A stretch of DNA of 63,899 nt, filler included, from Atractiella rhizophila (Eukaryota), in NCBI GenBank assembly GCA_021432655.1. It is 6 parts of 5 records of this genome, joined end to end, with 100 filler letters (N's around TTAATTAATTAA, not from the genome) between each part and the next. Parts side by side here need not be neighbours in the genome. Positions count along the whole stretch, not along the records: positions 32,689 to 41,321 come from MU271269.1; positions 41,422 to 60,499 come from MU271269.1; 4 more parts are not named here. One strand, given 5' to 3'. Both the position numbers and the translations under genes were made by a program. The notes under the pieces were generated by a model that was not told where the DNA came from, searched no databases, and saw only the letters and a list, made by a program, of their open reading frames with translations. Positions 36,796 through 50,686 of this stretch are shown piece after piece; position 1 is the stretch's first letter, and each line of letters begins with the position of its first letter.

Positions 36796-39662
36796 TTACC
36801 AAGGGACCAAAGAACAATTCCTAATAGCGTCTATCAATTTCTCCCTACAAACTTTCGCCCTCTCAGCTTTGTAGCTTGGCCATGGCCACACCTCGCCGTG
36901 GACCTTCAAATTCTCTTCCGAAGTGACAAGCATATCCAACAGCGCTCGTACCCGCCAATCATTTAGTGCTTCGCCAGTGTTCAAAGCGAGCACATTGGAG
37001 TTGGACAGTATGGATGCCACACCAAGGAGGAGACCCCAGGCTCCGCCGAGATTGGGGCAAGAGAGGAAGGGGGATTGAAGGACTGCTGGAAAACGGTCAT
37101 AATGCGCAAAAATTTGGTGTTCCACGTGAGGCCAGTCGATATCGGTGTAAGATCGGCCATCCAGACTGCTCATCCATAACGAGGGAGAGGCGGTAGACGA
37201 GGATCGAGGAGTGGGTGTGGGTTCCACAAAGATGCTCCTCAAAGCGAGAACGTAGCTTTGGCCCGAGCCTGGAGATACAGTACTTAGTGCCCACGATGAA
37301 CAGACGGCAATAGAGCGTTATGCGTACCGACAACCTTGGTCATGGAAGGTGTACGTATGGCGCGCAAATGGACCATTTCCGGAACTTCAAAAGGCTGAGC
37401 TTCAATAATCTTCGTAGCCTCCACATAATTTTCATCTCCCATCCCAGTGCGACCGCTCATGGGACTTTCAAGACCACAATCTTCGAAATGAAGGGAGACG
37501 TTGGGTATCTCGTAATAAAGAACATGTAGCATTTGAGAGCTATCCAAACGAAATCACCCATTCAGCAAGCTGGATTCCACTAGGCAATAGGGAACAGGTC
37601 GGCATACAAAGAAATCACCCCAATCGCGGTTAGGGCCGTTTCTCGGTTGAACCTTGTCAACCAACTTGGGCTCTTGATGTATTCCTCTCTGGCCTTGTTA
37701 TGCCTCTTCTCACACTGTACCATCATTGCCTTCAAAACGGCATCGACAGACTGGTACCTTTGAGCGAGAGCGAGGGGATCTGAAGGTCGATCAGGAGACA
37801 TGACTGCCTTCATAATTGCTGCGCAACGAAAGACCAGTACAGCTGCTGGTGGGTCCTGCGCCATCCAAGCATTTTTAGCGTGGATTAAAGGGGAGCTGTC
37901 GGGGAGGCAATGGCACACCTCAGAAGTAACTGGGCCCCATTCTAGTGGGAACTCCAATGTTGTTTTTCCTTCTGTCTGCTTCAAAACGCTTTCTCGACTT
38001 CCACCCGTATTCTGCAAGAAGGCATCTGCGAGATAGAGGAGATACCAACTCTTCCTCGCCATCTCAGCCCACATCTTATCACTCTCCTCTCTCGCACCTC
38101 TTCCATACTGAAGGAACTCGACCCCAAGCATCTTCCAGATCTTCCCCTCATGCAATCCATTCCCGATTGCCAAATCTCCCGCTAGTTCAAGCCTCTTCCA
38201 GGCCACATCTAGATTTCCGTTCCCGAAAGAAAGGTGACAGAGCAGGAGCAAGCCTATCAATCGTTCGATCGGAGGAGTCGATTCAGACGAAGATGGATCA
38301 TTGAGCAATCGAGAGGCGAAAAACTCGTAATTCTTCAGTTCTGGGGACAAGTACGGGTGCAATTTCCGCGCGTAAGGGGCAGAAATGGCAAGGATGGAAG
38401 CGAGAAGGAACGGTGAGATGGTGGGGTAGATGTCTTTGAAGAATCGATCAAGAGAGGGGAAGATACCGATGTAATGATAGCAGGAGCTGTAAAAAATAGT
38501 GATCCTTCGGATTACAAGATGGTTGGTCAGTGTACTATTATTGCAAGTGAATCGGCTCACAGTTTCAAGATCATAGTTTCGCTCCCCAACTCTCCCTTCC
38601 CAAGCGAACTATCCTCTATTGGCAGCAGAAGATCGAACAGCTGCCCATGAGATATGGGAGGGAGGCCGGTGAACCGATTCTGAAATAGCGAAGCAAGTGC
38701 ATCCGACGTATCGTTAGTCATGATCACGTGCTTCAAAGAAGGAGGCAATAGTTCGCAGAGAGGTCGAGAATCTAGACCTGATGATGGAGGAAGAGGCACT
38801 GGCTCAGGCACAACGAACGACGTGGTAGACGATGAGGACTCAGGGGACGGGACAGAGATATGTCCCTGAAAAGCCGTAAAGATAGGTCCTGCCACTGGAG
38901 AAGGACCTCGGTTCGACGATGCAGAGCCTGAATTCGAAGAGGATGTCCCAGAGGATCGGATGAGGTCGTCTTCGTTGACGAAGGAGTAAACTGTCGCACT
39001 ACATCAGCTCCAGTCTCCTTAGTAGCGGTGGGGACGCGCTGTCGTATCCCGATACCAAATCCAGCTTCTCCTCTCGCCCTAAAAGCCCGAATGTCCTCAA
39101 CATCTTTCCCTCCCTCTCCCTCTCCCTCTCGTCCTCGGAACTGTCACTCTTTTCTGAATCCGCCACTGTGTGACGAATCGCCTCTTTCTTCTTGGTAGAG
39201 CCGTTGCCATTAGAATTCACCTGTCCTGACTGTCGGTGTGCAGGCAGAGGATTACCAGCTTCATCTCGGAGGATGCGGCGTGGTCTGCCTTTGCGACGAC
39301 TCGGAAGCCTGGCAGGTGGCGAATGAATTAGCTTCTTCCAGAAACGAAGACAAAATGAACGAGCCATTGGCAATCGACGTGCAGGCGCACGCAACGCTTG
39401 CAAGGGTTCTGCTTCTCGACCAACACCTCCGTAGAGTCGTAAGTAGCAGGTTTGCCTGACAGCCACGTCGTAAACTGCAGGTAGACCCAAGTTCAAGGAA
39501 CGACGCATACCATCACATTTTGCCTTGGAGGCACGACATCCCTTTCGCCAGCAATTGTCAATCAGTAAACAGGTTCCCTCGACCTTAATGCCAACAGCTC
39601 ACCTTGCATGCTCTTGCCCTTCTTTGTCGCGAAGGATCATCCGGCCGAAGTGCTTTTGTCAT
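36796..39662 (-). CDS. Zn(II)2Cys6 fungal transcription factor with middle homology region
   Basis: Spliced N-terminus RARACKGCRASKAKCDGKPATYDSTEVLVEKQNPCKRCVRLHVDCQWLPSRRKGRPRR; later SPFLLASILAISA, AGDLAIGNGLHE and EMARKSWYLLYLAD. Confidence 0.85.
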
Positions 39663-41156
39663 CTCTTACAACGCTTCTCAGACCGTCCAGAAACGACTTG
39701 TACTTGCTGATAGGCTTACAGCCAGCTTTTAAACCTCCAGCGGTAGGCCAGAGATGCTGATTACCTATCCTGAGCGATGTAAAGCTCTGGAGGAAGGATG
39801 CCAAATGCGCGGGAGTTGAACGTATGTCCGACGTACAGACACTACTGCTGTGGTGCAAAAATGGAGCAGGTGCTTTTTGCCTTGTACTTTCGAATTTCGC
39901 TCTGAAGTAACTATTCAGGNNNNNNNNNNNNNNNNNNNNNNNNNNNNNNNNNNNNNNNNNNNNNNNNNNNNNNNNNNNNNNNNNNNNNNNNNNNNNNNNN
40001 NNNNNNNNNNNNNNNNNNNNNNNNNNNNNNNNNNNNNNNNNNNNNNNNNNNNNNNNNNNNNNNNNNNNNNNNNNNNNNNNNNNNNNNNNNNNNNNNNNNN
40101 NNNNNNNNNNNNNNNNNNNNNNNNNNNNNNNNNNNNNNNNNNNNNNNNNNNNNNNNNNNNNNNNNNNNNNNNNNNNNNNNNNNNNNNNNNNNNNNNNNNN
40201 NNNNNNNNNNNNNNNNNNNNNNNNNNNNNNNNNNNNNNNNNNNNNNNNNNNNNNNNNNNNNNNNNNNNNNNNNNNNNNNNNNNNNNNNNNNNNNNNNNNN
40301 NNNNNNNNNNNNNNNNNNNNNNNNNNNNNNNNNNNNNNNNNNNNNNNNNNNNNNNNNNNNNNNNNNNNNNNNNNNNNNNNNNNNNNNNNNNNNNNNNNNN
40401 NNNNNNNNNNNNNNNNNNNNNNNNNNNNNNNNNNNNNNNNNNNNNNNNNNNNNNNNNNNNNNNNNNNNNNNNNNNNNNNNNNNNNNNNNNNNNNNNNNNN
40501 NNNNNNNNNNNNNNNNNNNNNNNNNNNNNNNNNNNNNNNNNNNNNNNNNNNNNNNNNNNNNNNNNNNNNNNNNNNNNNNNNNNNNNNNNNNNNNNNNNNN
40601 NNNNNNNNNCACACGGCCTTTGCCGTTTCAATGCCTTTTTTGGAACGGGACACGGTGTGGCTTTGGGTCGCACCTAGCGGAAGGACCACTCAGAAGCTGT
40701 GATCGAAGGCTCATTCATCCTTGCCGCCGGCTCTTGTTCCCCGTTCTCAACATCTGCTCTGCAAGGCACCGCTCAAACACGCATGCATAGTTCTACTGGA
40801 ACAAGGCACCCGCAGCACAGAACTTAGTGGGATGGCTGTAGATAATCTGACACGAGTTTGAACTCTGAGTTGCAAGTGCTTCGAAGCAAGCATGAGCTCT
40901 GCAATTCCCGTCATGGGGGTTTCCATATTTTCTGGAAAGTCTTCATGTTTTTGAGGAGGACAACCTGATAACAGCCCCAACGGCTCACTAATACTCCAAA
41001 GTTGTTCATGAATTCACTTGACACTCCCGTAACGCTGACAAGTATCCTTGAAAGCCCAAACACTGCACGTGCATGAAAGCAGGCAACCACTTGTATTATT
41101 TTCTCTTCTCTAACGAGAAACAAGCCAATAAAATAATCCAAAGTGAGCACGCACGT

Positions 41157-41321
41157 CTACTTCTTCCCTTTCTTCTTAGCTTGCGCGGCCTTAATAGCGT
41201 CCTGTTTCTCCTTCTCCTTCTGTCGCTCCCTTTCCTTCCTCTTCTCCTTCGCCAACCTCATTTCCTCCGTCTCTTCCTCCTCTAACCATGCCGTCTCTCC
41301 ACCCTCAGCGAACAAATCACC
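41157..41321 (-). CDS. 3' end of an unidentified Lys/Glu-rich protein, cut by spacer
   Basis: Open frame ...EEEETEEMRLAKEKRKERERQKEKEKQDAIKAAQAKKKGKK*. Confidence 0.5.
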   Translation of the reverse strand, partial: GDLFAEGGETAWLEEEETEEMRLAKEKRKERERQKEKEKQDAIKAAQAKKKGKK

Positions 41322-41421
41322 NNNNNNNNNNNNNNNNNNNNNNNNNNNNNNNNNNNNNNNNNNNNTTAATTAATTAANNNNNNNNNNNNNNNNNNNNNNN
41401 NNNNNNNNNNNNNNNNNNNNN

Positions 41422-43044
41422 ATTGAAAGTGATGACTTACCTCGATATCGTGCATTTCAGTGTGTTGAAGTATCTCGGTATGGATTTGAACTCCTCCAAG
41501 CTCGAGGTCAGAATCCTAAGATGAAAGCGCGAAATAATAAGGTCAAGTGTGAAGGGAAAGAGGAGAGATGAAGGCGAACCCTCGCTTGACGCCTTGTTTT
41601 GTGCGTCCCAATGGTGTTAGTGGCCAGTCTGTCCGTTCTGCTCTCTGAGGCGCTTGTACCGTGTGCGCGGACGATCGACTTCCGAGAATTGAGTACAAAC
41701 TACGGGGATGTGATTAGGGGAGAGAGGTAGATGATCGAAAAGGTGGAATGTACCATCATAGAACAAGCGTAAACCCTGCATTCGACATTTAGATCGGGTC
41801 TTGGAACAAAGATATCGACTCTACCTGACAAGAACCATGTTGAAGATTGTTGAGGTCAAATCTACAGTTCCATCATAGCTTTGGGACATTTTAGATGTTG
41901 GCCTTTTGTTGACAATCGCGGACTCACATTTGTGAAAAGGCTGCGAGTTCATGAGACATGTTTTTTCCTCTTGATCAAGGGAGCAGACATACCGAGATTC
42001 AGGGCGGCAACGATCACAGCCTTGAAGTCGTCAAATTACTTCCATCCCTTGCGATCCGGATAGCAGACTTACTGGAACAGCGCATTGGATGGAAAGTTTG
42101 ATGAGTGCGAAGATGAGGTTGTGGGTCCTGAAACCGTACACGCTTAGCGATTGTTTTGGAAAGGAATAAATGTATAATCCTACTGAGGCATGACAGCTTT
42201 TTTTGTTTGTGTCAGGAGGAAGTAAGCTGTGCATGCAGCGATAAGGATATCGGTTGCTAACACACCGCTAGATTCAAGTGTTTGTTTCTGGCTTTTGGAT
42301 GTGTGAAAGGGACGGCGCGCACCTGTAGTGGCTAGCGAACCAGCGTGCGATGAGATTGAACTTGGCTTCCATTATGAGGATGGTCTATGGTCAAGTTCGT
42401 CAGACAGTTCGCACTAGCTAAAGTCTGCACTGACCGCAATGATGATGGAAATATACGAGAAAATGAGGACCGCGACAATGAGCGCGATAACCCACCACCT
42501 CCTGCATATTATATATAATCGATATAGGAAGTAAGCTTGGCTGTTAATCATTCGCGCTTCATCAGCCTTGCAAGCAGCTGTTTGGTCGAAGATAAATGCG
42601 TACACATAGAGACCGCAAGAAGCGTCCTTGCTGTCTGTTAGCTGGGAGGAGAAACAAGGGATGGGAAACGTACTATTAAAGTGAAGGCACTCTGCCACCA
42701 CTCCGTGTAGGATATAAAAATGGCGCCTTGGAGATCCTGCAAGTAGTTTGGGCTCAATCGTTCTGACGTTGAAAGTGAGACTTACCGTAAAAAAAGCCAC
42801 AAATTGGATCCAGCAAGTTACACTGATGGAAAACCGTCAAGCGGAGAAACTGGGAAGCTTTGGAAATGCTCACAAAGAATGAATGCTCTTCAGGAGCTGA
42901 ATGATAAATAGGCCTGCGACAACGAGTTTCAGCCAACGACGATCGTCCTTGTAGTGCTGATAATCTTGGCAGGTTCCATGAGCAGTGTGCTACTGCGAAG
43001 AAGAATCTGCTTACAAGTGTGAAATTGTGCCAGAAGGATGCCAT
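41422..43044 (-). CDS. DUF6534-family integral membrane protein, 3' end cut by spacer
   Basis: SQAYFLYRLYIICRRWWVIALIV, GFRTHNLIFALIKLSIQCAVPVSL, FVLNSRK and a GVQIHTE tail; many short introns. Confidence 0.75.
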
Positions 43045-44531
43045 AAAGAATGAACTCGAGTGAAAGACCTATAAGCCAAGGGCCTTCAAACCAGGATTGA
43101 CAAATCAATCACGTTCCCTGATCCCAATGTGGAGAGAAACTCACCAAGCAGCCGCCTTGACTGCTCGTACTCCTCATGCGTCATAAGAGGTGAATGGAAA
43201 GGCATCTTGCTCAAAATTGCTCAACAGCACGAAATCAGCAACGGGGGCGAGACATCCAAAGAGGACCGGGCAGGAGAGGTTATGATTATAAAGGTCGTTG
43301 CAATTTCTCCTGGCCACACATTGGACCCAAGCGGGGCGGGGGTGCGGCAGCGAGTTTGGGCAAGTGTTCAAGCATCTTTGGTCATCATAGCTGCGTGGAG
43401 ACTTTCCATTCGGCGTTGTTTTGAATTGCCTTCGTTCCCACTATCTTCGCGGCGTCAATTTTGGCGTGGTTGTTCTGTCCGGCGGTGACTACCCGGAGTA
43501 TGACCACTTTCAACAGACCATCGCTCACTTCATTTAGTCTTCAGAGCTCCGAGAAGCTGCCTCGATTTCATATCAACCTTCGTCTCCATGCCTTCGCTTC
43601 CCAAAACAAATGTGAATGTGGCAGCGACAGAATCGTGATCATTCCTTCAATGCTGGCTTCGACCTTCTACGTTTTAGGATTCAATTCAATCATTCAACAA
43701 GCAATACTTGCCTGATGTCACATCTGTTCTCCAAGACAACGCATGAACTTGGCCGGGTAAAAAGCATCTGTGAGGCTACAGATATCGCCGCGTAGACAGC
43801 CGGGCAGCTTGCAGAAGCAACAGGAACAGGAACAGAGAACGAAGACTCCGTTTTGTTCTTGTTCTTGAATTCTTCTGTGTCAAGGTTAAGGTCGGGAGCA
43901 TTGATTGAAACTGAGATGCTCTGTAACTTTAAAATGTCAGTCCAGACGCATTTTGTGGTATTAATAACTTCCCAGTCCCGAAATAATGGACTGATGGATA
44001 TGGAGGAATTCGCTTGCATCCTTGCATCCTTGCCTCCTCGAGTTAGTGAGATCTTAACACTCTCTCTGTTCACTGGATCAAGTCTCCACTTTGCACTCCT
44101 AGATGGGTTGCCATCCCATCACACAATTACGAACCAGCTGCGAGTGCAGAATCTCTTCATTCTCGCTTGGCTTTCAAGAAGTTGTTCGATTTCGATTCAA
44201 AAAAAGTCGGAAGTAACAGCATGTCCCTTGATTGTGGATTTGTTTTTTTGATGACACAATACGATGGAAACGATCTAGACAGATCTGGAATCGTCGTCCG
44301 AGCTCGTGGTTTCTCACCCGGTTTTGAGGAAGCGGTTCCAAAGCAGGCATCTTTCTTTGCCACCTCTGTTCTTGATGCCAGGAAATTTGATCAGGCGGAC
44401 CCCCTTGCTGCGGTGGACTTTTGCTTTTAAAGTCGTTGACTTTCTCCAACAGAGTCAGGGCACACCACAACTCTTGGTGTTTCTGTTACTTAACCTCATC
44501 TCCGTAGCTTCGCCTCGTTCTAATTGCCATC

Positions 44532-46851
44532 ATGTTGCTCATTTTGTTGCCTCTCCTATCCACGCTCCTTTCACCTGCATCCGCGGCAGGTTACCAGATT
44601 ATTTCCTCAGCCTCCCATCTTCCGACGACCTCCTTCGATTACCTCATTGCTGGCGGTGGTCTCACTGGACTTGTCGTCGCCAACAAATTGTCCGCGGCCG
44701 GGAACACCGTCCTCGTCGTTGAAGCTGGTCCAAATCCCATTGACTTTGATTCTGTCAACAACGCTGAACTGCGAGGTTCAATCACAGCAGAGCAATGCAA
44801 TTGGAAATACACTGCTTACGACGACGACTTGTCCCCTCTTTCCACTTTGGTTGATGCCGGACGTGAGTTCACCCGTCATCCGAAGATTGGCCGCTAACCC
44901 GCTGGAAGGATGCCTCGGGGGTTCCACGAGCATCAATGGGATGGTCTTCTATCGTCCCACTTTGGCTGAGGTAAGGGGCTGGAAGAGGTTGTCAGGACTT
45001 TGGGTTGACTTATTCCCTAGTTCGACGCTTTGGAATCTCTAGGGAATACAGGGTGGAATTCTCAAACATTGCTGCCTTACCTAGTCGAAACGGAACGCTT
45101 TAACCCTGTGAGACTTCCCACATCTCACCCGTCTTGCACGTTGACTGTCTTGGAAGCCGGATGCCTCACAACTCGCAGACAACGTCACCTATGATCCTGC
45201 CTCTCGCCCAACTACTGGAAATACAAACACCAGTTTCTCTCACCCTATCCGGAATCCTGCTATGGTGGCAACCTACCACGAAGCATTCCAAGATGTCTAC
45301 CCCGGTATCCCAGTCTCTACCGATCTGTCGAAGCGCAATGGTTCAGTACTTTCGAACACAATCTGGAGTATCTTTTGGGATCCAGTAAACCAAATCAACC
45401 GTCGCTCCTCCGCCGCATGGTCCGCACTCCGAACTTTTTAATCTTGTGGCTAACTCTCAACTTCCAGGTCTTACCTGTTCAATGAGACACCTCAGACTCT
45501 GCCAGGAACACTTACAGTGCTAGTTCAGAACCGAGTTGCCCGCGTCAACCTAGACTCCACCAAGACAGCTGTGGGCTTCGAGATCCAAAACTCCAAGGGA
45601 GCTGCAACAGTCAAGGTAACTGCGAAGAAAGAAGTCATTCTTGCTGCGGGTGCCCTTCAATCTGCTCCTCTCCTCGAGGTATGTCTTCTGTTTCGTTTTT
45701 CTATCCCCACGCTGAGTATTTCCATCCAGCGAAGTGGTATTGGTTCGAAGCAAGTTCTTACTCAACTTGGCGTTACCAAGCAAGTCATCTTGGAAGGTGT
45801 CGGCAAAGGTATCATGCCTCTTCCTACTCGGAAACTTTCACTTACAGTTTCAACATAGGTTTGAACGATCAACCGGGTACCGGTCTCGCTGCTCTCGTCA
45901 CTGATGCTGTCGCAAACAACACTGAGTACATCGATGGCGTCAACATCTTTGCGCCGATCATCGCTCTACCTGGCCTCGCTGAGATGTTCCCTAACGCTGA
46001 CGGTCCTCTCAAAGTTCTTCTCCAAGCTACTCTCGACATTCGAGCTCTGGATATGGTCGCCAACGGTGGATTCGCCAACTTGGAGGGTGCTAGGAAGGTA
46101 CTTGGCGCACTCACCGATCTGATTGTCAACAAGAAGCAACCCATCGCTGAAATTGTGGGAGAAGCCTATCCTGGTGGATTGGCATATCCTATTTTCTGGC
46201 CGTTAATGCCCTATTCACGAGGTATGTTTGTCGCTGTCGTTGGAGTCAGGCTGATGACAGTGAACAAGGGCATGTTCATGCTAACTCCACCGATCCCTTC
46301 GACAACCCCATCATTGTCCCCCGCTTCTTGACTGATTATTTCGACCAACTGATCGCTGTCACTGTCTCCATTGTAAGCCGTTTTTACAAAAGGGCAATAG
46401 AGGCTGACCCAGCCCTTAGAAATCCCGAGCTTTGTTCAAGACTTCAGCGTTCCAGCCGCTCATCTCTCAGCTCTATGTTGATGGCTTGGGAGTTTCACAA
46501 GCTGACGACAACAACTATGAGTAAGTCGGTGCCGGTTACATACCATTGCGGTTGACGCGATGTTTCCAGGGCTTGGCTCGAATGGTATAAATCGACATCT
46601 TACGGTGGGTCTTTTGACCATTTGTCCTCATCCCATGCTGATTTTCTGCAGGTGCCTCTCACTGGATTGGTTCCACCTCAATGCTTCCGCAATCCTCTGG
46701 AGGGGTCGTCAACCCCAAACTGCAAGTGTACGGCACGAAAAACCTCCGAATCGTTGATGCTGGTGTCCTGCCGCTCCAGAGCACTGCCCACACTCAACCT
46801 TACGTGTACACGCTCGCTTTGCGAGCCGCCGACATCATCTTGGGAAATTAG
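44532..46851 (+). CDS. Secreted GMC oxidoreductase (CAZy AA3_2, glucose oxidase/dehydrogenase-like)
   Basis: Signal peptide; FDYLIAGGGLTGLVVA (FAD binding); LGGSTSINGM; EVILAAGALQSAPLLE; C-terminal SHWIGSTSM...NLRIVDAG...AHTQ (His/His pair). Confidence 0.93.
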
Positions 46852-47203
46852 TTTCATACCTGCTTTCTCTATACCTTTCCTCAGATTCCTTTGTTGTTAT
46901 TTATTCACAACCTGCATGGATTCTGTGTTACCCTCCTTTACAATCCTCTACAGCTCCAAAAGTCAACTGTAGAGTTTGCTTAATCTTCATACCTATTTCA
47001 CCGAACGAGATGTCAGCACATAAAGGACTAGAAGCTTGTTCTGACTTAAATTACAATCCATTAGAGGACGTGGACATTCATACACATTCCTATTTACAAC
47101 TGGTGGTGGGGCATGGTGCATGAGTGAGGCATGATCAAAGCAAAGGTAGGGTAAATAGGAACTAGAAATCCTTGAAATGCGAAGAAGGTGAGAAAGGATG
47201 TCC

Positions 47204-50200
47204 TTAACCTGAGAAGAGGCGAATAGCAAGGTACACCGTGGATCCAGCGAATCTGATAACGGACACTAGACAACTGTTAATTTTGAAGTGAAGGAATTGT
47301 AAGCGACTCACTCAATGCTACGAAGGCGAGAATGACAATCATGTCTGTTGTTTGTCGCTTTTAGAAGCATGCAGAAAGCTCAAGCAGAAAGGCGTACAAA
47401 TTCTTGTCGTTGTGTTTCCCCCAGTTTTAGCGAATGTTGATGCAATATCACCATGCAGTACTCCAGCGGCGAGGACTCCATTGCTGAGTGCCCAAGCAAG
47501 GAGGACATTTGTTCGAACGTTCTTGTAGTAATCTTGCTTCATAGTTTCCTTCTCCACTGCGCTTTGCGACTTTTCAATCACTTTCGGTCGGGTTTTCAGT
47601 TTGTGTAACGCGTCGTCGTAAGTAACGTCTAATCACAGTGATTAGATTGAGCCTGGGAGACAGCTAAAGCTCTTGCCAATATCCTTCTGCGCGGTCGGAA
47701 GGGACACGTCCACTGTTTTATCACCAGAGACAACGGCAACTCCAAGGTCAGTTTGAATGAGATTGTGGTCCTTTGTACCCCATCTAACACCTCGTTAGGT
47801 CATAAGAACCTTTCAAGGACCCACGTACGAAAAGTCATGCAGATTGGCGAAGGCGAAGACATTGAGGACGTTGATGTAGATTGGAGCAAAGAGGATGTAT
47901 TGAGCCATGCAAGTAACTGTTCTCTTGACGTCAGTTTCAAGCATCCCAATTGTGAAAGCGAGCGCATACTCATGTGCCATGGCTCCAACGCCAGCAAGCT
48001 TGCAACCCACCACACGCCATAGGTCGCCGAAACGGATATGACAATCTGAGCGTAAATGGCATTGTCTCCCATTCCATTAACAGCTTTAACGATCAGGAAG
48101 ACGGCTGCCGCAACCATGTAGACTGTGAGGATCGAGAAAATTGCCATTGCGATGAGGTACTTCCACTTCGAACCCTGTGGTCGATTGCCCATGGCAAAGA
48201 GGAAGCAAGCGATTAGAGCTCCCGAATAGAGGTACTGTTCGACCTGTTATTAACGTATCAGAAACGGGAGAATACGAACTTGAAGTAGTGGATTAATGTA
48301 TTTTATCGGCTTGAGCTTGAATTGATCATATTCGAGGGAGGTGGTGAGGATGATAAAGAAGATGTAGTAATTAGCCTTTCCCGTCATCAGCTTCGAAAAA
48401 GAGAGCAGGATATCTAGCGTACCAATGCAAACCAAGAGAAGAGCAAATTGAGAAAATTGTACGCCGCTTCCACAAGCAGAGCGATCTTCCTTGCAAGGGA
48501 GTGTTCCGTTCTGAATATTTGGAAGACGTTGGCGGTTGAATAGATGGCGGCAAAGAACGATCCATTAAGCCACCTGACCACACCGTCCCATCAGGACCGT
48601 TTGAAGCAGGAGAAGTCAAGCTACACACCGTCGCCTCTGCGAAATGAATTCGGGAATCTGGTCCGGAACATCTGTTTCCCCCACTGCACTCTTGACATAT
48701 TTGAGGACCCAGTTCCCTCCTCTCTTTGCCACGAGTTCCCAGCAGAGTATGCGATCCTCTGCCAGGTACATGTTGCTTGTAAAGACGTCGGCGTCGTGTC
48801 CTGCGAGATGTTCTCCCTTGAAATAAGACGCGAGAGGACCCCGTCCTAGTTCGTCATTGAGCAAGGCAATGTATCGATAGGCGGAAAAAGCCCCTGGAAG
48901 CACTGAGATGTAGCCGAAGACAGACTCTGTTGGTTTATCCAGTATATCTGGGGAGATCTTCAATACTTCCGTGATTTGGAAAGGAACCACACGCACTCGA
49001 AATTTTATATTCAAAGTTTTGGGCAGCCACTAGAGGGTTCAGTAGCGCAAGTCCCATCTTCCCTTTCATCGCGCTGATCTCTCCGCATGCTCCGGCGACA
49101 TTGCTATTGAGATCGAACGTTTTCCAGAGATAATACAGACTCTTGTTCGCTGGCTTCGTTCCAACATCGAGCAAGCAGCAGATATTGGGTTGCAACAGCG
49201 GAGCGAAGGCGTTAAAGAACCAGCGGTGCGAATTGAGCTTTTTCCCATTTCGTTCCTTGAGACAGAAGATGATCTGGGTCGGCACAATTCCTTTTTCGAG
49301 CCCTTTGAACTTGAGAGACGGGTCGATGGAGAGCTGAGTGGTGAATTCGAAAATGTGTGCTTGGACGATCTTCTTTTGCCCATTCGGCGTCTCTACCATG
49401 TTCTTCGCTACACCGTCCTGGTAAACTCCCATAGCGGCGAGACTAAGGCTTCAATGTGAACATAGGAAAGCCCCATTTGAGGAACGTACCAGTCCAAAAC
49501 TCGAGGATGGATGCTCTTCCGTCCATCAGCCACAATACAGACCACGACCTATATGTTGTCAGTTAAATTATGTCGAGGAGAGAAAGGAAGGGACCTCACT
49601 TTCTTCCACCCGTCTTTCCCCCAGGTCCGACTTCTTTCCCGCGTACAAAGGTGAGCGATGTTTTCTATTTCCTCTTGTTTAGTATGTTTCAGTTGAGGGT
49701 TGGAATGTAGGTACGCACTCATGATTCCGTGCATCGTGCGCGTAAATAAAATCTCATCCTCGTTGTACATCGTAACGCCTACGAAGAGTTCCGTATGCCG
49801 ATTCATCATTGCTGGGCGTAGAGTGAAACGTTCCTTTTCGTAGTTGTCCGGCTAGAGAACCAAAGAACCATGAGCTCTTAAATCCCTCGTACCTGTATAA
49901 CATGAACACGTGAAGACGCACATCACAAGTAGCGGCAGTATAACGCATAGTCGTAAATTCCTCCTCTCCTTTCCGCGGCAGGAATCCAGCGAGACGAGTT
50001 GGAATGGGAAGGTCCATGATAAGGTTGCCATCCGTGAGCGCTATCCGCTTCTTGGTCTTGTTCCTCCTCAACATAGGATGTTTAGGTGCAGGTCCGAAAT
50101 GCAAATTAACGGTCGAAGGTACACTCGCGCTTTCTGGCAGCTTTGTCTCCTCGATAGTTGTTGCAATTCGCGGCCCGCCAGAAATCCCAGCTTCTTCCAT

Positions 50201-50572
50201 CTTTGCACTCATAGGATCTGGACTCACTACATCCCCAACGAGGTCTTCATACCAACCCGCGTTCTCTTCTGGCAGCTCGGCCTTTTCGTCATCCATGAGT
50301 TCGCCCTGATAGTCTCTCATGCCGTGAGCGTAGCCCTCTTGCTCTACCCAGTACCCCTCCGCTTTCTCGTCTCCCTCCCACGGCCCATTGTCTCCGAACC
50401 CATTCATGTTTACTGGCTCATACTGATCGTGATGTCCTGAGTGCAGTGGAAGGATAGGCGCTGTTGGGGGAGGGGAAGTCGCGTAGCGGTGGTGATAGTC
50501 CGACAGCTGGGACGCGTACGGATCATCGACGTCCAGGTCAATTGGTGGAAGCGTTACTGGCGTGTATGACAT
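47204..50572 (-). CDS. Chitin synthase, division 1 (GT2)
   Basis: [52 protein letters not shown]. Confidence 0.96.
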
Positions 50573-50686
50573 CGTGACGGTAATCGCGTATCGAGTCTCG
50601 ATTGAGCAACCAGAACCAAACAAAAGTGGAACAACAAGTCCCGACTCCTAACCCTACTTCGCGAGTCACGTGTAGTTACAACCAAC

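Noticed and set aside
39637..40689. Long ORFs of 233-350 aa
   Set aside because: They are almost entirely N gap (39920-40609).
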